From Sphyrna mokarran (lineage: Eukaryota), in contig JAGIQG010000012.1 of NCBI GenBank assembly GCA_024679065.1, positions 23,498,001 through 23,562,000 on the forward strand: 64,000 bases of DNA, in the 5' to 3' direction. The first letter of the stretch is position 1; each line of letters begins with the position of its first letter. Under the pieces are notes generated by a model. That model saw nothing but the letters and a program-made list of their open reading frames with translations. It had not been told where the DNA came from and searched no databases. Made by a program: the position numbers and the translations under genes. Shown in pieces: positions 1 through 11,270 of the stretch.

Positions 1-959
1 TTTCTAGCGTTCCCAAGAGTACACCAAGATTGCCACTCATCAAGGATGAGAATCAACAATCTGTCACCACTTGTAAAAACTCTCTGCTGACTTGAAAGGG
101 GAAGAGTAGGAGTTAGAGTACTTTGTAGCAATAAAAAGTTGTGTAATAGTTTTAATCATCTACATAGATTCTGATTGTTAGGTTGATAGAATACTGTGGA
201 GGCTAGGATGGAGAGGAGAATACTGGAGTGGAGTGGACTGATGGGATGGATTTGCTAATGAGTGGTATTGACAATGTGTCAGTGATATCAGCCACGTGCT
301 AGACTTGTGGGATAGAGGGAGGATGGAACAGTAATGTTAATTTTCAAGGCTTATGACTCAAATTCTTCCAATAATTTGCTCTCTGTGCCACATTCTCCAT
401 CATCCACCTTCTCCATCTTATCACTCAAAAATTAATTGAGTTAAATCAGTCTTATACATACTTGCAAGTACTTATTCTGTGTGGTGCAGGAGGTCCCAGT
501 TGCTGACCCAAATACAGATGGTAAACAGCCCAAAAAAAAACACGACTTTTAGTTTATATCAAGTAACCTGGCTGTATTAATGTTAACGTTTTGCCAAGAT
601 GCCAAAAAGACATGTGCTTTTCTTATAATGAAAGAAAATAATGTTTTGCATTTGTATAGTGTGCATGTGCACTCTATTATACAATTATTGAAAATTTCTA
701 CTTTACATACCCCTCGCTTCTAAAACCTAATGCTCAGAACCATCTTCAATTCTTGGTTGTTTACCGAATTTCCTTTGTTTAATACGTGTGTTCTTTTGAG
801 GATTGAGTGTTAGATATTAAAGCTGTGTTAAATGACTTTTAAGATTCTGCAATGGTTCTTGAATTGAATTAACTGCCAGTTTGTTCCTTGATTTAGATTT
901 CAGAATTATCATTTGTGTAAATGAGCTTCCAAGCATCTTTGATTTTTATGACATGGATT

Positions 960-2755
960 TGCACGTGTGAACTTCTGAACCATCTCCCATCTCATCTTTC
1001 TTTCCAAAACGCTTAACTTTGTCTCTCCCCAGATCTGTGCGCATCTTTCCCACCAATCCATGTTTGAATCGCTGAAATCTGATTTTGATCCTTGTTACCA
1101 AACCAATTACATCTAATTTGACTGTGATAGAGGCAGATTATCCCTTGGCATCCTTCATGACTTGTGCAGTCTTTGATATGATAGATTATGTCAACATAGT
1201 CCAATGCCTCTTCACCAGAGTGCATCTGCTTGGTTCCATTCTTATCTATCTAATTGAAACTGCAGTATCACCCTGCAATGGCTCTATTCCTGCACCCACA
1301 TTTTTATCTTTTGGCATCACCAAGAATCATCCTTTGTCCTCTCCTATTTCTCGTATGTCCTTAATGATATAATCTGTAAACAGCATGAGTTTTCACGTTT
1401 CCCTTACAATACCACCTCTCTTGAACTGTGCACTTCTCCGTGGCTACTTAATTATCAGACTGTTTGTTCGACAAGCAATACTGTACAAGCAAAAATTTCC
1501 TCCCAGTTCAGTTTGGGAAATGCTGAAGCAATGACTTTGACCCCTTCTACATTCCCTAGCCATTGACTTCATTTTTCTTAATAACTGAGGTTTGCAATCT
1601 TGGTGTCATATTTAAACCTGAGATTATCTCCCAACCACACCATCACTAAGACTGCCTTCTGTAATATGATTAGATTTGGGCCCTCGTCAGCCCATTTACT
1701 GCTGGAACCCTCAATTATGCCTTCAGACTTGAATTTTCCTCGTCCCTCAGTAAATTTTGAGATCTTCCAAAACTCTTCTACCCACATCCTTACTCCTGCC
1801 AAATCCTGTTCACCCGTTTCCCATTTGCTTGTTGATCTATTGATTCCCAGCGAAGCAATTCCTTAAAATTATCATGCTTTTCTTCACCTTCCTGCTAGCC
1901 TGCCACTCCTTGCCTTCTATTTCCTCTAGCCCAGATGTCTGCATCCCCAATTGAACTGCTTCAACATGCCTTCAGCCGTTTAAGTCCTAAACTCTGAAAT
2001 TATTTCCCTAGACCTCTTTGCTTTCTGTTTTTAAGATATACTTTTAAAACCTGCTTCTGTTCAAAATTTTAGCCTTTCTGGGGTTGCCAACTCTGGCTGG
2101 ATACGTTCTGGGAGACGTCAAAAATGACCCAATGGGAAGCTGCCAGGCAGTGTGGCAAGCACATGTCTGGGAACGCTTGAAAATATGAACACTTTCCCAG
2201 AGGATTATCTATGTTTGAAATACCTCCCTGCCTAAAGGAATTTAACATGGTGAAAGCCTCTCCCTTGGTTTTGGCCCATTTTGGGTAAAGGGGGATCCAA
2301 TCTTTAAATTCAGCTTACCTCCTGCTGTCCCTGGATTATTTAAATTGTGGATCATACTGCTATAATGTTGTACTTTCCACTCTGAAGCAGCCAGCTGGAG
2401 TGTTGGGAGAATGTTCAACAAGCACTCAGGGTATAACCACAGGCCCCGCGCATGTGCAATTGCCTGAATTAAAATGGCACAAACCAAATAAACAGATGAG
2501 AGTGAAAATATTCTGCTTTGGTAAGTATGGCCTGTTTGCTGTCCTGCTATTGATTATTGCAATTTAAAATCTCCTGGAAGGCTATAGTTGGCCATCGGGA
2601 AATTAATGCCTATTCTAGGACACTCATAGCCATTCTGGGAAGGTGGTTGACCCTACCTTCTACCCTCCTATTTTACATGGCTTGATATCAAGCTCTGCTC
2701 TTGTGAAGCACCTTGCACATTTTCTAATGTAAAACTGTTGATATAAATAGAAAAT
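960..2755 (+). mobile_element. Decayed L2-clade LINE (RT C-terminal region and 3' tail), interrupted by a MITE
   Basis: AVFDMIDY resembles the RT motif AAFDTVDH. Sequence at 1590-1850 resembles NLGVIF...ITKTA...QNSAARIL. L2-type tail gtgaagcaccttgcacattttctaatgtaaaactgttgatataaat at ~2700-2750. Confidence 0.7.
2079..2655. mobile_element. Non-autonomous hAT-type DNA transposon (MITE) with degenerate TAGGGTTGCCA-type TIRs
   Basis: Left end TGGGGTTGCCAACTCTGG; right end reverse-complemented is TAGGGTCAACCACCTTCC. It splits the L2 tail. No clean 8-bp TSD. Confidence 0.6.
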
Positions 2756-3089
2756 TTTTTCATAATATATTTATTTATAACTATTCTTGCACTAAAGAAA
2801 CACTGCTGAAGCACGACACTTGATTAGAAAACTATTTCAATGTTTGATTTGGAAGTTTCATTTTAATTTATGTTCACTATAGTGTCATATTCCAAGCAGG
2901 AAGTCAGCCATATAACATGCATTACTGCTTGATACAATGTAGATTTTAAACTTTGGTCTATAGACATTTTAAAATAGGCTTGATTTTTACTCAAATTGTT
3001 GTGTTGGTTAGGAATGTCTCTTAGTGTTGATTAGTCATTCAATAAATGTAATCCAGACAACTCCTTTTTATTGTGCAATACAAAGTGCT

Positions 3090-3875
3090 AATAATATCAA
3101 GGCTAAGCCCATTAAAGATCGATGAAAGGTGAGGTTATAAAGGACAAGAAAGAAATAGATTTGTTAAGTGCTGTGTATTCATTTTACAGTGGGAGGAGAT
3201 AATGTACAACGGAACCTAAAAATAAGTCAAGGGCAGACCTTGATATTTGTATATTTATGAAGAAACATGCTACTGGAGAAGGTAATAGGACTAAGATAGA
3301 CAAGAGATTCCACAAGCCACTATTGAAAGTAACTGGAAGAAATTGCCACAAGATTGGTCATAATTTTTCAAAAGCTCTCTAGAATTGGGGATTGTGTCTG
3401 TGGATTAAAAATTTATAAATGTCATTCTGTTATTTAAAGAAGGCGAGAGAAACCAGGTAACTATAAACCTGTCAGTTTAAAGCCTGTTATAGAGCAGTTA
3501 CTGGAGCCATAATAAAGTTAACTTAGCACTTGGACAAGTAGGGGCTGATCAAAGATTATGTTTGACTAATAACTGAATCTTTTGAGGAGGTCATTAGAAT
3601 GATGGAAGTGAAACATCGATAGATAATGTTACTGGCCTTCCAGAAAGCATTTTGTAAGATTCCACACTGGCAAAAATTAAGCTTAGGGAATTGGAGGTAA
3701 CCTTGTAACAAGCCTTTGCCAAATATAGTCGTTCAAAATTTTCAATATTGAAATCAATAAATTTATGTTAGTTGTAGGCATTCATAGAACGGAGATATGT
3801 AATGGAGTTGATGCAGATTAAATGTAACCGAATGGCAAGCTCAAAAGGCAGAATTTCCTCCTCTTGTTCCTATTG
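3090..3875 (+). mobile_element. Decayed CR1 LINE fragment (RT region and 3' end)
   Basis: ccaggtaactataaacctgtcagttta gives PGNYKPVSL; ttccagaaagcattttgtaagattccacac resembles FQKAFDKVPH; CR1-like tail ending cctcctcttgttcctat. Confidence 0.75.
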
Positions 3876-4647
3876 ATAGATTACTGCATGTGCAAATTAT
3901 CTCAAGTTTGCAATTGCTGATCTGACTTTAGAAGGGTCTTCTGGGCAAGCTTGTTATTCATTGTCTGTTATTGGGAGGCTCCTTAATACTGATTTTAGGA
4001 ATGCTGATCTCGCAGTATCTTTAAATCTAATTTTTTTAGCAAAGAGACATAATATTTTAATGTTTGACTTTTTTGTACTAGGAATTGGCAGTTCAATTAT
4101 GCAGTCATCATGGTAGTTTATCAATGCTGTTGAGTCAATGCTGTCATCAAATTAATAATTGGGGTGCGCCATGCATATCAAATTATTCAAATTTATATTG
4201 CTTGATTATCTTTCAAACTAAATAAATATGAAATGCATTTTTTTGGTAAAACTGAGTTTCTCTGACTTGTCAATATGTGAAGTCTGTGGAAAAACTAGTT
4301 CTTGGCCATTTGTGCTCCAGTGATGAAGTGCACGTACAGCTAGAAATGTAAATGAAAATTATAGGTAGTGGAATGCTTTTGTCAATTAAAATATAACCAA
4401 ATATTTTTGACAAGCATTTCACCTAAACAGAGTTTGATTTGCACTTCAGTACTTGTTTTCGTATTTTCTCAGTGACGAATGTTTTTTTTTTGTACTGAAC
4501 GTTGTGTTTCACGGATCACTACCTTGAAGCAGTTTTATTCTACAGGGCTTCATGATCTAGTAAATAATTTCTGTTTTTAATTTGTGTTCTTGGAAAATTT
4601 AGACAGGAAAGAGAGCCTGGTAGAGTTGGCTCCCAACTGAATTTTAT

Positions 4648-6330
4648 GGGGGCTAAATTTGTATAATCTCAAAAATAGACATGGGAAGTTACCCAAGCCC
4701 ATTAATTGCATATTAATCTACCATTTTACATGATTGCTGCTTGTGGCCAGCTACATTCACTCTACATAAATGATCAGTGGGCTTGATGGGGTGGCAGTAT
4801 TGAGGTTCATTTCAAACAATTTCTATGGGTCTTGTGTTCTATAGATGCACATTTAGGCAAACATCACTGCAGTTGAAGAAGAACCATCAACTCTGTGAAA
4901 GAGGTATTTGGTCTAGCTGAAATTTGCTGCAACTGTGAGGAGTCATCAGTGACTGTTGAATGAAACTGATCTGAATTGTTCTTTACACAACAGTTAACTT
5001 TGTTGACTGAAGATTGAAGAAGGCCTAGAAGAATGTGTAGCAAGATTTTCAAAAATGGAGGCTTTAGTATAAGACATGGAGAAAAGGAGCTAAGTTCTTT
5101 TATGCATGGACGAAGGGAGAGTAAGAGTTCATTGAGATGTGTTCAGGAGGCAGTGGAAGTCAATACCAGGAATATAGTTCCAGGAACATAGATGTAGTCC
5201 CATAAGAAGTTGAATGCTCTGATACAGTTTTAAAGTTCAGTGCATTAAATCTTTGTGAAAGGGGCATCGCTGAGGCTATGGCCACTGTTAATGCTGGAGA
5301 GAGAGAGACAATGATGGTATCTCTATTACTAATCATGTTTCTATTTTTTCCCTTCATTTCACAATCTCTTTTCATTCACAAGCGTCAATATACAGCTGCT
5401 TCTTTTCTCCTTCATCACAATTCAAATTTTCAACTGCATTACTAGCCTCATTTGTTGTACATCCATAATATATCAACTAAAATTTTCTCTCAAGGCTTTC
5501 CCTTTCAATTCTTATACTTTACCTCACTCTCATACTTGGCACTATTACAAACTGTGCATTTACAGCTGACACATACTGACAGCTTTGGCCACACTGTCCA
5601 AATATACTGCAAAACATTCAATTTTTGCTTGCAGAAAAAGGTGGTATCTAACAGGAGAACTGGAGAAGGACGAGCCCCTCCACATTTTGTTCTCTATGGA
5701 GAAGGCCATGATGAACTCAAAGGGGCATTGCTGAGGCCATAGCCACTGTTAATGCTAGAGGGATAGATAATGATGATTTAGTATCTATGTAACTAATCAT
5801 CTTTCTTTCTAACTCCTCATTCCACAATCTCTTCTCATTCACAAGCCTCAGATGGTATCAATAAGCAACTTCTTCCCTTTATCTTCATCACAATTCAAGC
5901 TTCCCACTGCATTCATTTCAGATATCCAAGAATAGAGCCACATCAGTCTCTGCAAGAATAGAAAAAGATCAGTGAAGGTGAAGCTGTGTGACCACTCACT
6001 GCACCAGCTTAGCCTCAGACTGCATATATTTTGAGAGCTTTGATAGAAGAACTGTATGTAGTGACAAATCGGGCACAAATATTCCAGGACGGAAGGATGA
6101 AGTAATGTAGGTGTCACCTTAACAAACAATGAGTTTGCATGTGTTCCACACCAGATAAGTCAGATGAGGAATTTGACGCAAGATACACAAGGAGGCTGAT
6201 GGGTTACACATGCTTGGTGCATTATAAAGTTTGCTAAAAGACTTGCATTCAATGTTGAGGAGCGTTGAAGAATTCAGCCCAACTAAGCTGAGCACTTTGC
6301 ACAAGAAGTTTTGGAACCCAATCTTTCACT
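4648..6330 (+). mobile_element. PIF/Harbinger-like transposon remnant with a fossil Myb/SANT-like ORF
   Basis: 5040-5225 reads ARFSKMEALV*DMEKRS*VL, then after a frameshift EAVEVNTRNIVPGT*M*SHKKLNAL, a Myb/SANT-like pattern. Acceptor ttttgcttgcag precedes KKVVSNRRTGEG, similar to the RTGGG motif of Harbinger Myb-like proteins. Confidence 0.6.
5258..5913 (+). repeat. Diverged ~185-bp direct repeat (5258-5440 and 5719-5913) inside the Harbinger remnant
   Basis: Both copies share aaaggggcat.gctgaggc.at.gccactgttaatgct...cacaatctctt.tcattcacaagc...cttcatcacaattcaa...actgcatt. Confidence 0.85.
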
Positions 6331-6429
6331 GAATGGGAATTGTCCCATCAGCATACCTGATGTCCTATCAGCATACCATTGATGGTATAGCATCTAATGG
6401 ATGTAGCCTCAACTTCCTTCAAAGGTCTG

Positions 6430-6660
6430 GATGTTTCACTCATCAGGACACTTTGTAAGAATACCAGTAAAAGGGGAAATCAGCAAATACCATATGAAAA
6501 GAGAATGCTAATTGGTTGGCAAGCTGACTCTGACAGAGGCATTGTCATGGTGAGTGCATCAGTTAGTGGTGGCTGACAGATAACTGCCAAGTATTGGTTA
6601 AAGTTTAAGCTTGACCCTAATCAGCAAACAGCTGTCACTTCAACCAATTTAATATTGTCA
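6430..6660 (-). mobile_element. Penelope-like element 3'/pseudo-LTR remnant with a hammerhead core
   Basis: Minus strand reads ...ggtattcttacaaagtGTC-CTGATGA-gt-GAAA. Upstream ttggcagttatctgtcagccacc...actgatgcactc...ccaaccaattagcattctc is shared with the + strand copy at 45140-45510. Confidence 0.6.
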
Positions 6661-6769
6661 GTCGGGCAAGAAGTGTGGAGCACTTGTCTGTATTGGAAGC
6701 TATGCCTATTAATACACCAGCCTCTGTTCTTTACAGTCAGGAAAGAACATGTACACACTGCACCTGTTT

Positions 6770-8583
6770 AAGCTAACTTAAAAATTGATAGAGGTGGTAT
6801 TGGATGGGTTATCTGTACTTAAGCTGATAAGACACCAGAATTGGATGAGATGCATCCAAGGATATTGAGAGAAAGAGGGGGAAATTAAAGATGCTGGCCA
6901 TAATTTTCCAGTCTTCTTTAGACTTGGGAAGGAGTGAGTAGAGTGCCAGAGGACTGGAGAATTGCAAATATTACACCGTTGTTCAAAAACTGGTGTAAAG
7001 ATGAGCTCAGCACCTACAGGCCAGTCAGTTTAACTTCAGTAGTGGGGGAATCTTCTGGAAACAGTAATTTGGGATAAAATTAATAGTCAGAAAGTAAAGA
7101 TTATTTAATAGTCACAAGTAAGGCTTACATTAACACTGCAATGAAGTTACTGTGAAATTCCCCTAATCGCCCCACTCTGTTCAAGTCAATGCACCTAACC
7201 AGCACGTCTTTCAGACTGAGAGGAAACCCATGCACACACAAGAACATGCAAACTCCACATGGACAGTAATCCAAGTGGGAATAAAATCCGGGTCCCTGGC
7301 TGTGAGGCAGCAGTGCTAAGCACTGCCACTGTGCTGCCCAAATGTACAAAAAAAAACTGATTAATTCATGAAAATCATGTTTAACTAACTTGCTGGAGCT
7401 TTTTTTTTTGAAGAGATTGATAAAGAAAATGCTATTGGTCTGGTGTCCATCGACTTCCGAATGGCATTTGATACAGACTTATGAGTAAAGTTATAGCTCA
7501 TAGAATAACATAGAAAAGTAGCAAAAGATGCAAAATTGGCTGAATGATAGGAAACTGAGAGTAGTGGTTAAAGGATATTTTTTGAACTGGAGAAATGTTA
7601 ATAATGGAGTTCGCCAGGGTTTATCCTGATGTACTTTAATGACCTAGATCTTGATGCACAGGGCACAATCTCAATTTGTAGATAATTTGGAACTTGGAAA
7701 CATTGTGAAATGTGAGGAGTTCAAAAGATTCTAAACTAGCTAGTATAATGAATACGAAAGTGCCAGGTGAAGAAATATAGTGATTAATTTTGGTAGGAAG
7801 AACATGGAGACAATATAAAATAAAGGGTACAACTGTCAAGGGAGTTGAGGGACCTCTTTATACATGTACTATTTTCAGTAGTGACAGGACAGGTTGAGAG
7901 CACAGTTACTAAAACATTCAGTAGCCCATACTGCACACATACATCCCTTTTACTCCTGTACCCCCTTTTACATTGTTTCTCCTTTTTCTTCCTGCTAAAA
8001 TTAACCAAATATAAAAGCAAGGAAGCTATGTTGGACTTGTATGAAACACTGGTGTGGCTTCAGCTGAAGTATCCTGTCCAGTTCTGGCACTGTAGGAAAG
8101 ACAGGAAGATTGGAGAGGGTGCAGAAAAGATTTGAGACCCAGGGATGAGGAACATAGTTATGAAGGTAGATTGGAGAAGTTGGACTGCTTTTATTTTTGA
8201 GAAACAAAAGCTGAGGTGTGATTTAATTGAGGTATTCAAAATCTTGAGGGATATAGTCAGAATAGATGGGAAAAACTGTTCCCACTTGAGAAAGAGTTGA
8301 GAAAAGGGGGCACAGCATTAAAGCAATTGGCTAAAGAAGCATGAAGAAAAACCTTTTTTTCATGCAGAGAATGGTTAAGTCTGGAATGTGTTTCGAGAGT
8401 GATGGAGACTGTTTATTTCAATTGAGGTGTTCCAAATGTAATTAGACTGTTATCCAAAAAGAAGAAATATGAGGGGTTATAGGGAAAAGGGAAGCAACGA
8501 TAGTAGGAGAATTGCTTATTTGGAGAGCTGGTGCAGTCACCATGAGCCAAATAACTGCCTTCTGTACTGTAACAATTCTGTGA
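6770..8583 (+). mobile_element. Decayed CR1 LINE (RT region to 3' UTR), interrupted by a SINE
   Basis: ccagaggactggagaattgcaaatattacaccgttgttc gives PEDWRIANITPLF; tacaggccagtcagtttaacttca gives YRPVSLTS; also YPVQFW. Tail cttctgtactgtaacaattctgtga. Confidence 0.8.
7091..7339 (-). mobile_element. tRNA-derived V-SINE (HE1-related head, variant tail) nested in CR1
   Basis: Minus strand begins gggcagcacagtggcagtgcttagcactgctgcctcacagccagggacccggatttt (A/B-box-like head), has V-domain gagtttgcatgttct, and ends in tail cacagtaacttcattgcagtgttaatgtaagcc. Confidence 0.8.
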
Positions 8584-8619
8584 ACTTACCACAGAATTAT
8601 TACTGCAAATGAAGTGACC

Positions 8620-8880
8620 AAGCCATACGTACTCGTGACAGTTCCAGATTCAATCCTACGACTGTCATGTTAATAGGTCTTGAGTGTGCAATTAGTAAAA
8701 ATGACTTTCATTTCCCCAGTGCAGTGATGGAAACACTGCATGGGGGAAATGAAAGTCATCTAAGGCTCCCACTCTTCATCACCATTCGGCAATCTACACT
8801 AAAACTGCATGTGTAAAGAGAGGCTTTAGTTTCAGTTGTGATGGCCAGTTTGCTAATGTTCAACTTTTGATATCCAATAA
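8620..8880 (+). mobile_element. Old SINE-like repeat hosting a de novo hairpin; probable sister copy on the - strand at ~46445-46620
   Basis: B-box-like gttccagattcaatcct followed by a body that resembles a common shark SINE (from recall); weak similarity to the reverse complement of 46445-46620. Confidence 0.4.
8701..8759. repeat. Near-perfect 59-nt hairpin: 26-bp stem with a 7-nt loop
   Basis: ATGACTTTCATTTCCCCAGTGCAGTG-atggaaa-CACTGCATGGGGGAAATGAAAGTCAT has 24 Watson-Crick pairs, 1 G-U pair and 1 A-G mismatch. Confidence 0.95.
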
Positions 8881-9439
8881 TGTGAAATAATGACATTTGT
8901 TACTGCAAAATTTCCACTGCAATTAGTTTGTTCTCTGGAAAAGGGGGAAGAAGAAGATTGGTGAACCAAATGAAATCTAATCATAAAATCTGCCATCTTC
9001 TAGCCCAGGCAGTGCTGTAGAAAAAATGTTAGGTGTTGTGGTGATTGAAGCTGGCTGGTAGTGTTGGCAAAAATTGCCTGTCAAAATCAATAAAGTAATC
9101 ATAAAGTAAACTAATTTTTATGCGTTCAAAGCCCTTACCTAAGGGTTGGACATTTAATTGTGATAACGAAGCACATTCAAAATCAATGCAAATTTTCTGA
9201 AAGGAAAAGTAATTTTTTAATGGCAGTTTTTTTTGGGTCATTTTGTTGCAATACTGAAATGTGGATGAGTTGCTTCTGGGATATACAAATGTGCGTGAGA
9301 CTGATTTAGCTTAAAGAATCTCCATTGATTGCATTAGGACTTGGCTTTGAACAGACCCAATGCTATTTATTGGATTCTGGGGAAAATTTGTGTTTACTGG
9401 ACATTTTAGATCTATTTACTTTGTTTGTCTTCAAATTGT

Positions 9440-9870
9440 TATAAGATTCTTGAAATGTCCTGAGATAATAGGCCAAATGATCAAAAGCTTGGTCAAAGGT
9501 GAAAGTTTTAAGGAGCCTCTTAAGTGAGTGGATTGGGTAGACAAACATGAAGTATGGGGAGTGAGTGCAGAACTTGGGGTCTGGACAACTAAAATTTCAG
9601 CTACCAATGAAAGCTTAAATACAATTGGAGATATTCAGGAGGACAGAATTAGAGGAGCTCAAATATTTTTTGAGACTCTAGGGTTATAGGAGATTACAGA
9701 GATGGGCAGGGGCATGGCCAAGAAGAGATTCGAAAACCAAAATGAAAACTTTCATCAAGATGTTTGATCTAGAGTTAATATAGATAATGAGATCTACCGA
9801 CCCACAAGTGTGATGGTGAATGAGATTTGGCACATGGAAGGAAACTGGCAGCAAGGTTTAGTTAATCTCA
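9440..9870 (-). mobile_element. L2 LINE 3' fragment
   Basis: gatcaaaagcttggtcaaaggtgaaagttttaaggagc...ggagattacagagatgggcagggg is the antisense of the L2 tail seen elsewhere in this window. Confidence 0.7.
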
Positions 9871-11270
9871 TTCTATGGAATGGGATATTGGTGGCTGGAA
9901 TGTGTTGCCTGAGGCTGTGGTGGAAACTGATTCAGTTGTGGCCTTCAAAATATAATTGAACAATTACCCAAAGAGAAAATTTGCAAGGTTTACTGAGAAA
10001 AGGCAGGGGGATAAAACAATGCAAGTCACTCTTGCAGAGAGCTGGAAGAGACATGATTTGGCTGAATGGTCTCCTTCTGTGCTGTAACTATTCTATGATG
10101 CTATGAATTCACAATCATTCATCAAAAAAATTCCAGTAAAAAACAAGATTAATCCATGTCTTACTAGCGAAGTTAATAGTTTTATTGTACTAAAAGAGCG
10201 TTTAAAATTCTGCAAAGAATGGCTGTGAGCCTGAGAACTGGAAATATTTAGCAATTTAGGACTATCAAACAATTAATTGATCGGGGAAAAACAGATTGAA
10301 AATAAATTAAAGCAGACTGTTAGAGCTTCAAGTATATGAAAAGGAGAGTAGGTAAAGTAAACATTAGTCAAATAAAGGTAGAGACATAAATTATAATGGG
10401 GAATGAAGAAATAGTAGAAATGTTGAACAAATATCGTACTTCTGTCTTCACAGTAGAAGATGCAAATTACATACCAGCAATAGTGAATAACGACAAAGGG
10501 GCTAATAAAAGTAAGAAGCTTAAGATGCTTAATATCAGCAAAGAGTATTGGAGAGACTTGAAGAACAATAAGCTGATAACCCTCCAGGTCTATGTGCCAG
10601 GGTTCTAAAAGCTGGCTGCAGACATAGTGGAGGCACTCGTTGTGCTTTTCCAAAATTCCCAATGTTCTAGAAGAATCCAAGCTTATCTGAAATAATCAAT
10701 GCAATTTTATTTAATCTATTTTAAGAAAAGAGAGAGAAAACTGGAAACCATATACCAATAAACCTGACTTTGGTCATCAGGAAAACAGTTTTGCGCATTA
10801 ATATAATTTTCTGTGTTGACGTGGTTTCACAAAAGAGAAAAGTGTTTGAAAATGAGGGTGTATTTAGTACAATTAAATAAAGGGCAAGCCAGTAGACATA
10901 GAAGGATAATGCTCAAGTTAAGGACCCATGGAGTTAGGGATAATAGATTAGCATGGATGGATGGAGGAAACAAAGAATGGGAATAAATGAGACATGTTCA
11001 AGTTGTAAATAGTTTGGTGCCTGCAAAGATCAATGCTGGAAACTTTGCCAGTTACTATCTATTATTAATGACTGTTTGAAGAGACCAGGAGTGATGTGTC
11101 TAAGTGTGCTGACAATATAAAAGTGGTGAGAATTAAGGCTGTGTGGAGGACCCAGAAGGATGCAAAGAGAGATAGAAAGGTGAAGTAAGGTAGCAAATAG
11201 AGTATGATGTATGACTCCTGGATTGAGTGGGTTGTCCTATGTTAGGCTGAATAAATTAAAATATATTTTT
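9871..11270 (+). mobile_element. CR1 LINE fragments: a 3' UTR at 9871-10106 followed by a decayed ORF2 piece
   Basis: Tail gctgaatggtctccttctgtgctgtaactattctatgatgctatga. Track ORF 10396-10608 (MGNEEIVEMLNKYRTSVFTVED) resembles the CR1 EN-RT linker. Confidence 0.7.
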
